The translations under genes were made by a program, and so were the position numbers. The notes beneath the pieces were generated by a model. It saw nothing but the letters and a program-made list of their open reading frames with translations. It had not been told where the DNA came from and did not search any database. A stretch of DNA of 63,544 nucleotides, filler included. It is 5 parts of 5 records of this genome, joined end to end, with 100 filler letters (N's around TTAATTAATTAA, not from the genome) between each part and the next. Parts side by side here need not be neighbours in the genome. Positions count along the whole stretch, not along the records: positions 5,891 to 22,050 come from SRR31156797_3864; positions 22,151 to 28,467 come from SRR31156797_3866; positions 28,568 to 35,388 come from SRR31156797_3868; 2 more parts are not named here. One strand, written 5' to 3'. Of the stretch, positions 18,872 through 29,100 are shown one piece after another. Positions within the stretch are counted from its first letter, which is position 1, and every line of letters begins with the position of its first letter.

Positions 18872-20632
18872 ATGAAAGTAATAATCGTCACCATCCACCT
18901 GGAACCGTCCACTCGGGCCATCCCCCTGGCGGCGGCCTGTCTGAAGGCCGAGGTCCCGGAGCATAAGGTCCATCTGATGAATGCCTATCTGGGGGAGGAC
19001 TGGGAGAGGAAGGCGGAAGAGATAGCCGCCCTGGAACCCGATCTCGTCGGTCTGTCCGTCTACCTCTGGAACAGATCATCCTCCCTGGAACTTATAAGCC
19101 ATTTGAAAAAGCTGATGCCCGAGCTTCCTCTGGTCGCGGGAGGTCCCGAGGTGACCGCCGCGCCCGCCGCCTTTCTGGAGGAGAGCGGAATCACAGCCGT
19201 TATGGAGGGGGAGGGGGAGCCGATGATGCCTCCTCTGCTGAGGGCTCTGGAGGAGAAGGCGATTCTCCCTGAAATTCCGGGTCTCAGAACGAAAAGCTAC
19301 TCCCCCGTCAGGCCGGCCTTCTGCGCCGATCTCAACGCCCTCCGTTCCCCCATCCTTTCGGGGGCCCTGAAGCTCGGCGACAATCCGGGGCTGTTATGGG
19401 AGCTGTCCAGGGGCTGCCCCTTCGCCTGCTCTTTCTGTTTTGAGTCCAAGGGCTCGACCAAGGTGCGCGGATTCTCTCTCGAGAGGATCCGCAAGGAGCT
19501 GGAGTCCATTGCCGGGGCGGGAGTCGAGCAGGTCTTCGTCCTGGATCCGACCTTCAATGTGGACAGGGAACGGGTTCTTACCCTTCTGGGGTGGATCCGC
19601 GAGCTGACCCCCGAAACCTACTACTACTTCGAGGCCCGCAGCGAGTTTATCGATCAGGAGACGGCGGAGGCCTTCGCGTCGATTCCCTGCACCCTGCAGA
19701 TAGGTCTTCAAAGCTCATCGGCAAGGGTTCTGAAGAATATCAACCGCAGTTTCGATCCTGTGAAGTTTTCAGAGAAGATGGCCATACTGGGGGAGGCGGG
19801 CGTCTCCTTCGGGCTGGATCTGATCTACGGCCTGCCCGGTGACAGCCTCGAGGGATTCAGAGAGTCTCTCAATTACTCTCTGAGCCAGGAACCGAATCAT
19901 CTGGATATCTTTCCCCTGGCCGTATTGCCCGGCACGGTTCTCTATGACAGAAGGGAAGAGTTCGGTCTGATATCGGACAAGGGGGATCCCTATCTCGTAA
20001 GGGAGACGGGGACCTTTCCTCCCGAAGACATGGAGAGGGCCGCAGCCCTCAGCCGGGCCTGTGACGTCCTCTATAACCGGGGAAGGGGAATCAGCTGGTT
20101 TTCCCGGGCCGCCTATGATCTGGATTTGAGTCCGGCCGAGATTCTGGAACTCCGGGAAGAAGAGGAAACGCCGCCCTCCTTTTTAATGAGAGTCTATGGG
20201 AGCAGGCGTCCCGAACTGGCTCCGGTCATCCTGGATCTTCTGAATTTTCTGGAACAGCTGGAAAAGATTGAGGGCTCCGTCCCCGCCATGACCCCTCTGG
20301 AGGAGATCAGGCTGGATGAGGGCACCGGCCTCTCTCTCCAGGATTCGGCGGTGCTGCATCTCTATCACATCCATCCGGATCTTGTGACAAACGGATTTCC
20401 GGGGGCGACGGAAGACCTGGCCGTCCATACCGGGGAATTCAGAACGATCCTCTGGAACAGGGAGGGGGAGATCTGCGCCGAACTGCTCTCCATGGAAGAG
20501 TGGGAGCTGCTGGGCCGCCTGGAACAGGGCGAGATCGCGCTTGGCGATCTGTCCGGACTAATGGAGGATCCTGAACTCAGATCCGTATTGATGAACGGCA
20601 TCCTGGAGGGATATATCGTTCAGAAAGGCTAG
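18872..20632 (+). CDS. B12-binding-domain radical SAM protein
   Basis: DLVGLSVYLWN and AGGPEV cobalamin-binding Rossmann domain; SRGCPFACSFC CxxxCxxC; DLIYGLPGD. Confidence 0.92.
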   Translation: MKVIIVTIHLEPSTRAIPLAAACLKAEVPEHKVHLMNAYLGEDWERKAEEIAALEPDLVGLSVYLWNRSSSLELISHLKKLMPELPLVAGGPEVTAAPAAFLEESGITAVMEGEGEPMMPPLLRALEEKAILPEIPGLRTKSYSPVRPAFCADLNALRSPILSGALKLGDNPGLLWELSRGCPFACSFCFESKGSTKVRGFSLERIRKELESIAGAGVEQVFVLDPTFNVDRERVLTLLGWIRELTPETYYYFEARSEFIDQETAEAFASIPCTLQIGLQSSSARVLKNINRSFDPVKFSEKMAILGEAGVSFGLDLIYGLPGDSLEGFRESLNYSLSQEPNHLDIFPLAVLPGTVLYDRREEFGLISDKGDPYLVRETGTFPPEDMERAAALSRACDVLYNRGRGISWFSRAAYDLDLSPAEILELREEEETPPSFLMRVYGSRRPELAPVILDLLNFLEQLEKIEGSVPAMTPLEEIRLDEGTGLSLQDSAVLHLYHIHPDLVTNGFPGATEDLAVHTGEFRTILWNREGEICAELLSMEEWELLGRLEQGEIALGDLSGLMEDPELRSVLMNGILEGYIVQKG

Positions 20633-20662
20633 AAGCCTTAAAAGGTTGAGGACCCAATGCTT

Positions 20663-21391
20663 TTATACTCCCTCGTTCAATCGGTTTCTCAGGAATTCTG
20701 AGAATCCTACTCTCTCCATCTTCGCCTGGGTGGGGCCGGGATCATAAGGAGTTCTGAAGAAAACGAACTCCTTCTTCCGGCTGTCAATGATGCCCCAGGC
20801 CGCCCGGGGATCCCTGTCCCTGGGCTGACCGACGCTGCCGGGATTGATGAGGATGCGGCGCTTCTTCCAGCTGACCGTCTCCCCCGATTCGGGTTTGATC
20901 CGTGAAATTCCGTTCCCGTCGGATACGAAGCACTCCTGCCGATGGGTGTGACCGAAGAGGACGCAGCTCTTTTTGGCGAGGGCCAGGTTCCGCTCCGCAT
21001 CGGCCTCGTTCAGGATATACTTATCCGAGGGGCCTTCGGGGCTGCCGTGGACAAGATGTATACCCTTCCTCGTCTGCTCGTCGGGGAGCGCGTTTATCAG
21101 CTCCAGCACCTTCTTGCTTACAAGAGAACGGGAGAGGACCAGAGCCTTCCTGGACTCATCGTTGAAGAAATCCGCCTTGAAGCGTCCGCTGAGGGCCAGA
21201 TCATGGTTGCCTGGGATAAAGCAGAGCCTCTCCCGGCTGAGCCTGTCGAAGCAGGGTTCGGGATCCGGTCCGTAGCCGCAAAGGTCTCCCAGGAACCAGA
21301 GCTCCTTCCATTCCCTGCTCACAGCATCCTTCAGGACGGCATTCAGGGCCTCCAGATTTCCGTGGATATCGGACAGTACAAGTGCTTTCAT
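20663..21391 (-). CDS. Metallophosphoesterase (YfcE/PPP-like)
   Basis: SDIHGN, LGDLCGYG, GNHD, HGSP, FGHTH, NPGSVGQPRD. Confidence 0.93.
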   Translation of the reverse strand: MKALVLSDIHGNLEALNAVLKDAVSREWKELWFLGDLCGYGPDPEPCFDRLSRERLCFIPGNHDLALSGRFKADFFNDESRKALVLSRSLVSKKVLELINALPDEQTRKGIHLVHGSPEGPSDKYILNEADAERNLALAKKSCVLFGHTHRQECFVSDGNGISRIKPESGETVSWKKRRILINPGSVGQPRDRDPRAAWGIIDSRKKEFVFFRTPYDPGPTQAKMERVGFSEFLRNRLNEGV

Positions 21392-21454
21392 GCAATGACC
21401 CTCAGAATTTGGTTCTTGTTTTATAATGGTGTTTCAATTATATAATAAGATGTA

Positions 21455-22045
21455 ATGGAAAGAATAGGATTCAGATCAGCCATCAGCAATATCAACGAGT
21501 ACTTCGCCTCCGTCTGGACATTGATGTCTGATACGACGATCTTTCTTTCCAACAATACCAAGATCTTCCACCAGTACGAGATGCAGCTGAGGGAGCTGCG
21601 GCATATGCTGGAACGGAACAGAAAGGACAGCGAGGTCCTCCATCATGTGCGGTCGGAGCTTGTGGCCATCCGCAAGTCACTGCGCATGCAGGGGTATAAT
21701 CTGAGGCTGGGATCTCTGGATCTGAGGCTCCAGGGCTTCCGTAATGACGACGCCCTGGCCGAGGGATTTACCCGTTGCGTCCTTTTCCTTCTCGAGGACG
21801 AGGATGTGCTTTACATCACCGGCACGGCCAACCATATCGAACTGGACTCGGCTCTCGAAAGCCGTTTGTCGTCAGTCGGTTACAGGCCTATTTCCCAGAA
21901 GCACTATCTCTGGTTCAAATGGGAAAACCGCGTGCTTATCCTTTCCGGTGCCGCTTCGGAGACGAAGGATGATTTTGAGGCCTTGCGGGAGTATGTGGGA
22001 GAGAAGAAGGCCCATCTCATCAGAAAGTTGGCTAAAATCGGCTGA
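21455..22045 (+). CDS. Hypothetical protein
   Basis: 196-aa ORF with normal coding character; TATAAT 8 nt upstream of ATG; no family recognised. Confidence 0.8.
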   Translation: MERIGFRSAISNINEYFASVWTLMSDTTIFLSNNTKIFHQYEMQLRELRHMLERNRKDSEVLHHVRSELVAIRKSLRMQGYNLRLGSLDLRLQGFRNDDALAEGFTRCVLFLLEDEDVLYITGTANHIELDSALESRLSSVGYRPISQKHYLWFKWENRVLILSGAASETKDDFEALREYVGEKKAHLIRKLAKIG

Positions 22046-22050
22046 TCCTG

Positions 22051-22150
22051 NNNNNNNNNNNNNNNNNNNNNNNNNNNNNNNNNNNNNNNNNNNNTTAATT
22101 AATTAANNNNNNNNNNNNNNNNNNNNNNNNNNNNNNNNNNNNNNNNNNNN
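22051..22150. other. Artificial contig spacer
   Basis: N44-TTAATTAATTAA-N44. Confidence 0.99.
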
Positions 22151-22155
22151 AAATA

Positions 22156-23592
22156 ATGAAAAACGGCATTCAACTGATTACCTATCCCGATAGTCTCGGG
22201 ACAAATCTGAAAGAACTCTATCAGGCGCTGGACGGTCCGCTTAAGGACTGTCTCAAGGGGGTTCATATCCTCCCCTTTTTTCCCTCTTCGGGGGACCGGG
22301 GATTCTCCCCTCTCGGCTATAAAGAGGTCGATCCGGCATTCGGCGATTGGGATGACGTGAGGCGCATCTCGGCCGATTACGATCTTATCGTGGACTTTAT
22401 GGTCAATCATCTGTCCCGTCAGTCCGCCGAGTTCCGGGATTTCGCCGAGAAGGGGGACGCCAGCGAGTGGGCGGGGCTTTTCCTGCCTGTGGACCGGGTC
22501 AAACCGGAGGGCGAGTTCTCCAATGATGAGCTGTCCAGGATCTATACCCGGAAACCCCGGGCCCCCTGGATTGAGGTTACCCACGCCGACGGGACGGTCC
22601 GTAAGGTCTGGTGCACCTTCAGCGAGGAGCAGATAGACCTGGATGTGAGATCCGGAACCGGACGGAACTACATCCTGGACAGTCTTAACTTTCTGGCAGA
22701 ACAGGGCGCTGCGATGATCCGCCTGGACGCCTTTGCCTATGTCACCAAAAAGGCGGGGACCAGCTGCTTCTTTCTGGAACCTGACACCTGGGATATTCTG
22801 GGAGAGCTCCGGGATGCCATGATCGAAAAGGGTGTGGCCCTCCTGCCCGAGATCCACGAGCACTATACAATCCCCCTGAAGCTGGCCTCCAGGGGCTATC
22901 CGATTTATGATTTCGCCCTGCCCATGCTGATGCTTCACGGCCTGTTCAGCGGAAGGGCGGACCGTCTGGGAAGCTGGCTGGAGAAGTGCCCCGCCGATCA
23001 GTACACCACCCTGGATACCCACGACGGCATAGGCGTGGTGGACGTGGCCGATCTTCTGACACCGGAAGAGGTGGATGAAACGGTCAATAGCCTTTATAAG
23101 AAGGGCTCCAATGTCAATCGCCGCTACAGCTCTGAGGAGTATAACAATCTGGATATCTATCAGATAAACTGTACCTACTACTCCGCTCTGGGCGAGGATG
23201 ACGGGGCTTACCTGCTGGCCCGGGCCGTGCAGTTCTTCGCCCCCGGCATACCCCAGGTTTACTATGTGGGCATGCTGGCGGGACGGAACGATCTGAAGCT
23301 GCTGGAGAGCACGAAAAACGGCCGGGACATCAATCGTCACGGATACAGCCTTGAGGAGATCGGCCGGGAGGTCGAGCGTCCTGTTGTGAAAGAGCTGATG
23401 ACCCTGATGAAGCTGCGAAACAGCCATCCCGCCTTTGACGGGAGCTTTTCTGTGTTAAAGAGCAGCCGGGAGGGGGAGTTTGTTCTTCGGAGGGAGAACG
23501 GCTGCGCCGCCCTTACCCTGGAAGCGAATCTGAAGACCTGGAGCTTCCGCATCCTGGACGGGGACGCTACGATCTACAACTCCGGAAAGTAG
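22156..23592 (+). CDS. gtfA: Sucrose phosphorylase (GH13_18)
   Basis: QLITYPD, RLDAFAY (nucleophile), PEIHEH (acid/base), THDGIG; NLDIYQ acceptor loop of the sucrose-phosphorylase type. Confidence 0.92.
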   Translation: MKNGIQLITYPDSLGTNLKELYQALDGPLKDCLKGVHILPFFPSSGDRGFSPLGYKEVDPAFGDWDDVRRISADYDLIVDFMVNHLSRQSAEFRDFAEKGDASEWAGLFLPVDRVKPEGEFSNDELSRIYTRKPRAPWIEVTHADGTVRKVWCTFSEEQIDLDVRSGTGRNYILDSLNFLAEQGAAMIRLDAFAYVTKKAGTSCFFLEPDTWDILGELRDAMIEKGVALLPEIHEHYTIPLKLASRGYPIYDFALPMLMLHGLFSGRADRLGSWLEKCPADQYTTLDTHDGIGVVDVADLLTPEEVDETVNSLYKKGSNVNRRYSSEEYNNLDIYQINCTYYSALGEDDGAYLLARAVQFFAPGIPQVYYVGMLAGRNDLKLLESTKNGRDINRHGYSLEEIGREVERPVVKELMTLMKLRNSHPAFDGSFSVLKSSREGEFVLRRENGCAALTLEANLKTWSFRILDGDATIYNSGK

Positions 23593-23597
23593 ACGGG

Positions 23598-24803
23598 TTA
23601 GGCCCTCTCTCCGCGGGTCCTGGCTCTGGATCTCCCCATCAGGAGGATAAGGACTAAACCCGCAAGAGGAAAGACCGTGAAGATCTGAAAGAGGAGGGCG
23701 AATCCTGAGTACTTCAGGATGATCCCCCCCAGAATCCCGCCTGTAAAAAGGGACAGCCCCATACCTACCGCCGCACTAATGGACATGGCCAGGCCCCGGT
23801 TCTCCTCCCTTGTATGGTTGTTGATAAGAGAGACCATGGCCAGATGGTTGAAACTGAAACTGGGGCTGTGCAGTATCTGCACGAGGTACAGAGGCAGAAG
23901 CGTATCGGCCATGGCATAGACCTGCAACCGGATGATACAGGACGCGAGGCTGATGATCCACAGTCCCTTTTCCCCCAGATGTTTCAGCAGAAATCCGGAA
24001 AAGAAGAAAAGGGGAATCTCAAACAGGGGACCCAGGGCCCAGAGGGCCCCGATATTATCCATCCCGAATTTGTTATGAAGCAGCAGGGAGAAGAAGGTGT
24101 AGTGACCCGAAAAGCCTGTGTAGTTCAGAAAGACGATGACCAGACCGGCCCAGTAGATCCTGGGGAACTGGCTGATGCTGGTTTTGAATGAGTTTGTTCT
24201 GACCGACTCCTCTTTCGTGTGAGGGCTCCCGGGAAGGAAGATGATCAGGACCGAGCTGATCAGCAGGGGGACGGCGTATCCCCAGAAGACTGTGAGAGGT
24301 TTTCCCCCTTCCACCATGGCCGTGATCTGGATCAGCATGGCAAAGAGGAAGAAGCCCAGACTGCCGTAGAGCCTGGTCCGTCCGTAGAGTTCGGGCCTTC
24401 CGGGATGGGTCTGGCCGAAGTGGGCATCCAGCAGCGAGGCCGGTGATTTGACAACGAATCCCAGCAGAAGGGTGATCGGGATCAGAAGGACGAGATGGCT
24501 CAGCCTCGCTACGGAGTAGAGGAAGAGCAGGGCTGCCAGATTCAGGACGATCATGGTCCTTTTGGGAGATCTGAAGCTGTCGTAAAGATGGCCCAGGGTG
24601 AGAAGGCCCAGCATGCTGAACACCTCATAGCATCCCATGATAAAACCGACCCGGGAGGGACTGAAGCCCTTTCCCTGGAGCACGAGGGGGATATAGGGAT
24701 AGAGGGCCGCAATCCCGGCGAAAAGGAACAGATAGCTGAGCTTGTATACTTTCAGGCCGGCGGCCGGGTTCTTCATGGCTCCCATTCTAGATCCACGTGT
24801 CAT
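23598..24803 (-). CDS. MFS transporter (LacY/MFS_1-like, probable sugar permease)
   Basis: About 12 hydrophobic segments, YGRTRLYGSLGF motif; start may be 24776. Confidence 0.9.
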   Translation of the reverse strand: MTRGSRMGAMKNPAAGLKVYKLSYLFLFAGIAALYPYIPLVLQGKGFSPSRVGFIMGCYEVFSMLGLLTLGHLYDSFRSPKRTMIVLNLAALLFLYSVARLSHLVLLIPITLLLGFVVKSPASLLDAHFGQTHPGRPELYGRTRLYGSLGFFLFAMLIQITAMVEGGKPLTVFWGYAVPLLISSVLIIFLPGSPHTKEESVRTNSFKTSISQFPRIYWAGLVIVFLNYTGFSGHYTFFSLLLHNKFGMDNIGALWALGPLFEIPLFFFSGFLLKHLGEKGLWIISLASCIIRLQVYAMADTLLPLYLVQILHSPSFSFNHLAMVSLINNHTREENRGLAMSISAAVGMGLSLFTGGILGGIILKYSGFALLFQIFTVFPLAGLVLILLMGRSRARTRGERA

Positions 24804-24850
24804 GTGGAATCAATCCCCCCGAAACTTCCTTCAGGGGGACGAGGGAAGGG

Positions 24851-24878
24851 AAAGGCCCGAGAGTCCGTAGCTCTCGGG
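24851..24878 (-). terminator. Stem-loop between the GH1 and MFS genes (terminator or stabiliser)
   Basis: Minus strand CCCGAGAG-CTACGGA-CTCTCGGG followed by CCTTT. Confidence 0.55.
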
Positions 24879-24886
24879 AGCCCTGT

Positions 24887-26361
<1,475 letters not shown>

Positions 26362-26367
26362 CCCTCT

Positions 26368-27219
26368 ATGGAAGAGGTTATTACGGTCCAGGCGGGTGAT
26401 ATCGAGCCCCATACCTATGTTCTCCATCGCATACAAACGAATAAGACCTGGTCTTTTCCCAGGCATAATCACAGCAAGGTTATTGAGTTCTACTATCTGT
26501 TCCAGGGCGAGCTGGTTCAGGGCCTGGATTCGGGTGATCTTACGATGAGTGAGGGGGATTTCGTCTATATCGCAGAGAAGGAATTTCATGATGTTAAGGG
26601 GCGCAGCTTCGATTTCTTCAATCTCATTCTGACCGTCGAATACTGGGACCGCCTACAGGACTTTCTGGGGCTGCGTCCCGTGTTCGAGGCCCACAGTCCC
26701 GGGGGGCGCCTGTGGGTAAAGCTATTCCGCAAACCCTGGGTGGCCGAAGAGCTGGAGCAGATGTTCCTCTATCAGAAGAGCCGTTACGGGGATATCCTTC
26801 TGGCCCGGTTTTTTCTCAACCTGGCGGCGGAGCTGCAGGGGCCTCCCGATATGACGGGGAAGGGGAATCGGGATATGCCTCTCTGGATGAAGTCCCTTAT
26901 CCTCGAAGCGGAAGGGCGGTGCACCGAGATTCTGAAGGTAGGGGATCTGGCGCGTATGGCCGATCGCAGCCCCGAGCATCTCTCCCGGAGCTTTCGCACG
27001 TTTCTGGGTAAAACGCCGTCGGGCTGGCTGAACGATCAGAAGCTGGAGAGGGCGGCTCTCCTTTTGGAGCACTCCAACGCGGCCGTCCTGGATATAGCCC
27101 TCTCCCTGGGCTTTGATAATCTTGGATACTTCTATCGCCTTTTCAAGCAGCGATACGCCGTCCCGCCGGCTGAGTACAGAAGAAGCCATTCACTGATCTC
27201 TCCCCGGGGAGAGTCCTGA
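26368..27219 (+). CDS. AraC-family transcriptional regulator (ChbR/CelD-like)
   Basis: Cupin HNH..E..Y..G and C-terminal SPEHLSRSF...IALSLGFDNLGYFYRLFK..PAEYR; divergent from GH1. Confidence 0.95.
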   Translation: MEEVITVQAGDIEPHTYVLHRIQTNKTWSFPRHNHSKVIEFYYLFQGELVQGLDSGDLTMSEGDFVYIAEKEFHDVKGRSFDFFNLILTVEYWDRLQDFLGLRPVFEAHSPGGRLWVKLFRKPWVAEELEQMFLYQKSRYGDILLARFFLNLAAELQGPPDMTGKGNRDMPLWMKSLILEAEGRCTEILKVGDLARMADRSPEHLSRSFRTFLGKTPSGWLNDQKLERAALLLEHSNAAVLDIALSLGFDNLGYFYRLFKQRYAVPPAEYRRSHSLISPRGES

Positions 27220-27223
27220 GTTC

Positions 27224-28450
27224 TCAGTTCCCCTCCGAGCCGTCCCAGGGTTTCAGATGCTCCTCTTCCCTGTGGAGGCCCTGATAGATATCGCTGCGCC
27301 ATACCTGGTAGGAGAGGTCCCAGCGTGTGGCGTAACTGCAGTCCAGTTCGATCTCAACATCCAGCTTCTCCAGTTTGATCTCAATCTCTTTCTCCTCTTC
27401 GGGAAGGCATGTGATTTCGTGCTTCTCCTGTTTCCCCTGATAGTTAAGGTCTATAATGGCTCTGCCCTTTCCATCCCCTTCCTTTATCATACTGAGGATC
27501 AGGTCCAGTTTGATCTCCTCTCCCTCCCTGTCGAGGAAGGAGACGCTGTGCGCCGCCGATCCGCTGGACTCCTCTTGAGGGTTAATGGTGATCCTCTCCC
27601 ATAGCTGCTGGGAAAGGTTGTACAGTTTGGAATTGAAGTGGCCTGTTTCGTCCTCCAGTACAAGGGTTTCACCGGGCTTCAGGTCGAACTCCATGATCCA
27701 GTCGCTGAACTTTATCTCCGGCTCGTGGACCACTCCGAAATTCTGAGTCAGATGGGTTCGCACGATATGTTTTCCCGGATCCAGAGGGATCTCCAGGGGA
27801 ACCGTGCTGTCTCCCGTGGTATAGGCGACGAACTTCCCGTCTATATAGACCCTGGCGTCGATGATGCGGGAGAAGAGGTTCAGCGTCCCGGGAGTCTGCT
27901 GGCGAACAGCGATTACCGTTCTTTCTCCCTGATCAGACTGAAGGCTTAACTCTTTGTCGGTCAGATGAAAGAGAAGTTGTTCGGTCAGCGCATGGACCGT
28001 ATTCTCCTGGTATCCTCTTTCAGAGAAACTGAGGCTTCTGGCCGTTTCCGTATCTATGAGGTCCAGATTCAGGAAGAGGTCTTCTCCCAAGAATACATAG
28101 CCCCCCTTGATGATATAGGAGGCTCCTGCCATCCTGCCTGTCCTTACGGCGGTCTCCTCGTCCAGAACCCCCGTAAACTGGAGTTTCTGCTCCTTCAGTA
28201 CCTCTTCCATATTTTCACGGTCCACGAGAAAGACATCGTCAGAATGGGAAAGACCCTGCCTGATAAGGGAACTTATGATCCCGGAGAGGTATTCCTGCTC
28301 AGGATCCCTGTTGAGGTTTTCGAAAGGAAAGACGGCAAGACTGATCTTCCGGTTCTCAGCCGAGAGGCCCGGCACTGAAAACAGGGAGGCGATCATGATG
28401 GCGGCAAAGGCCAGAAACTGTATGGAGCGGTTCAAAGGATTGTTTTTCAT
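27224..28450 (-). CDS. Exported protein with CsgG/TolB-N-like domain and PEGA-like domain
   Basis: Signal peptide; LAVFPFEN, LVDRENMEEVLKEQKL, GRMAGASYIIKG; DARVYIDGK..LDPGKH. Confidence 0.75.
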   Translation of the reverse strand: MKNNPLNRSIQFLAFAAIMIASLFSVPGLSAENRKISLAVFPFENLNRDPEQEYLSGIISSLIRQGLSHSDDVFLVDRENMEEVLKEQKLQFTGVLDEETAVRTGRMAGASYIIKGGYVFLGEDLFLNLDLIDTETARSLSFSERGYQENTVHALTEQLLFHLTDKELSLQSDQGERTVIAVRQQTPGTLNLFSRIIDARVYIDGKFVAYTTGDSTVPLEIPLDPGKHIVRTHLTQNFGVVHEPEIKFSDWIMEFDLKPGETLVLEDETGHFNSKLYNLSQQLWERITINPQEESSGSAAHSVSFLDREGEEIKLDLILSMIKEGDGKGRAIIDLNYQGKQEKHEITCLPEEEKEIEIKLEKLDVEIELDCSYATRWDLSYQVWRSDIYQGLHREEEHLKPWDGSEGN

Positions 28451-28467
28451 ATCAAAGATTATAGCCT

Positions 28468-28567
28468 NNNNNNNNNNNNNNNNNNNNNNNNNNNNNNNNN
28501 NNNNNNNNNNNTTAATTAATTAANNNNNNNNNNNNNNNNNNNNNNNNNNNNNNNNNNNNNNNNNNNN
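28468..28567. other. Artificial contig spacer
   Basis: N44-TTAATTAATTAA-N44. Confidence 0.99.
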
Positions 28568-29023
28568 ATAGAGACAGAAGACCAAGACGTTAAGACTTTG
28601 GTAAAATTCAAACTTGCCCCGGGAGCCGCTCTTCCAGCTTATGAGACTGACGGCTCTTCGGGTCTTGATATACGTGCAAATGAAAATTCTGTAATACAGC
28701 CAGGATCGTGGGGAATGGTTGGAACAGGCCTTTTTCCTGAAATTCCCAAAGGGTTTGAGATCCAGGTTAGAAGCAGAAGTGGACTTGCAGCTAAGAAGGG
28801 AGTTTTTGTTCTTAATTCTCCCGGAACTGTTGATAGCGATTACCGCGGAGAGATCAAGGTCATTCTTGCCAACATGGGTAAGGAGGAATTTGTGATCGAA
28901 AAAGGTGAAAGGATCGCTCAGATAGTTGTCTGTCCTGTAATTCAGGCACAAGTCTCAAAAGTTGAAGAGATCTCTGAAACTCAAAGAGGTTCAGGCGGTT
29001 TTGGAAGCACCGGAACGAAGTAG
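28568..29023 (+). CDS. dut: dUTP diphosphatase (frame open to contig start; true start uncertain)
   Basis: SGLD, RSRSGLA, GTVDSDYRGE, GERIAQ, RGSGGFGSTG motifs. Confidence 0.97.
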   Translation: METEDQDVKTLVKFKLAPGAALPAYETDGSSGLDIRANENSVIQPGSWGMVGTGLFPEIPKGFEIQVRSRSGLAAKKGVFVLNSPGTVDSDYRGEIKVILANMGKEEFVIEKGERIAQIVVCPVIQAQVSKVEEISETQRGSGGFGSTGTK

Positions 29024-29051
29024 ATTCTCACAACACTTTTCTAATCAAAAA

Positions 29052-29079
29052 TTGACACAGAATCTCACAGGTATATAAC
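29052..29079 (+). promoter_or_regulatory. Sigma70-type promoter
   Basis: TTGACA, 16-nt spacer, TATAAC upstream of the 29101 ORF. Confidence 0.5.
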
Positions 29080-29100
29080 TTCACTGTTAATAGTAATAAT

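Noticed and set aside
18778-18921. N-terminal extension of the phosphoesterase ORF (likewise sprE 47946-48128 and gldH 42099-42164)
   Set aside because: Overlap neighbouring genes or promoters and precede the natural domain or signal-peptide start; longest-ORF artefacts.
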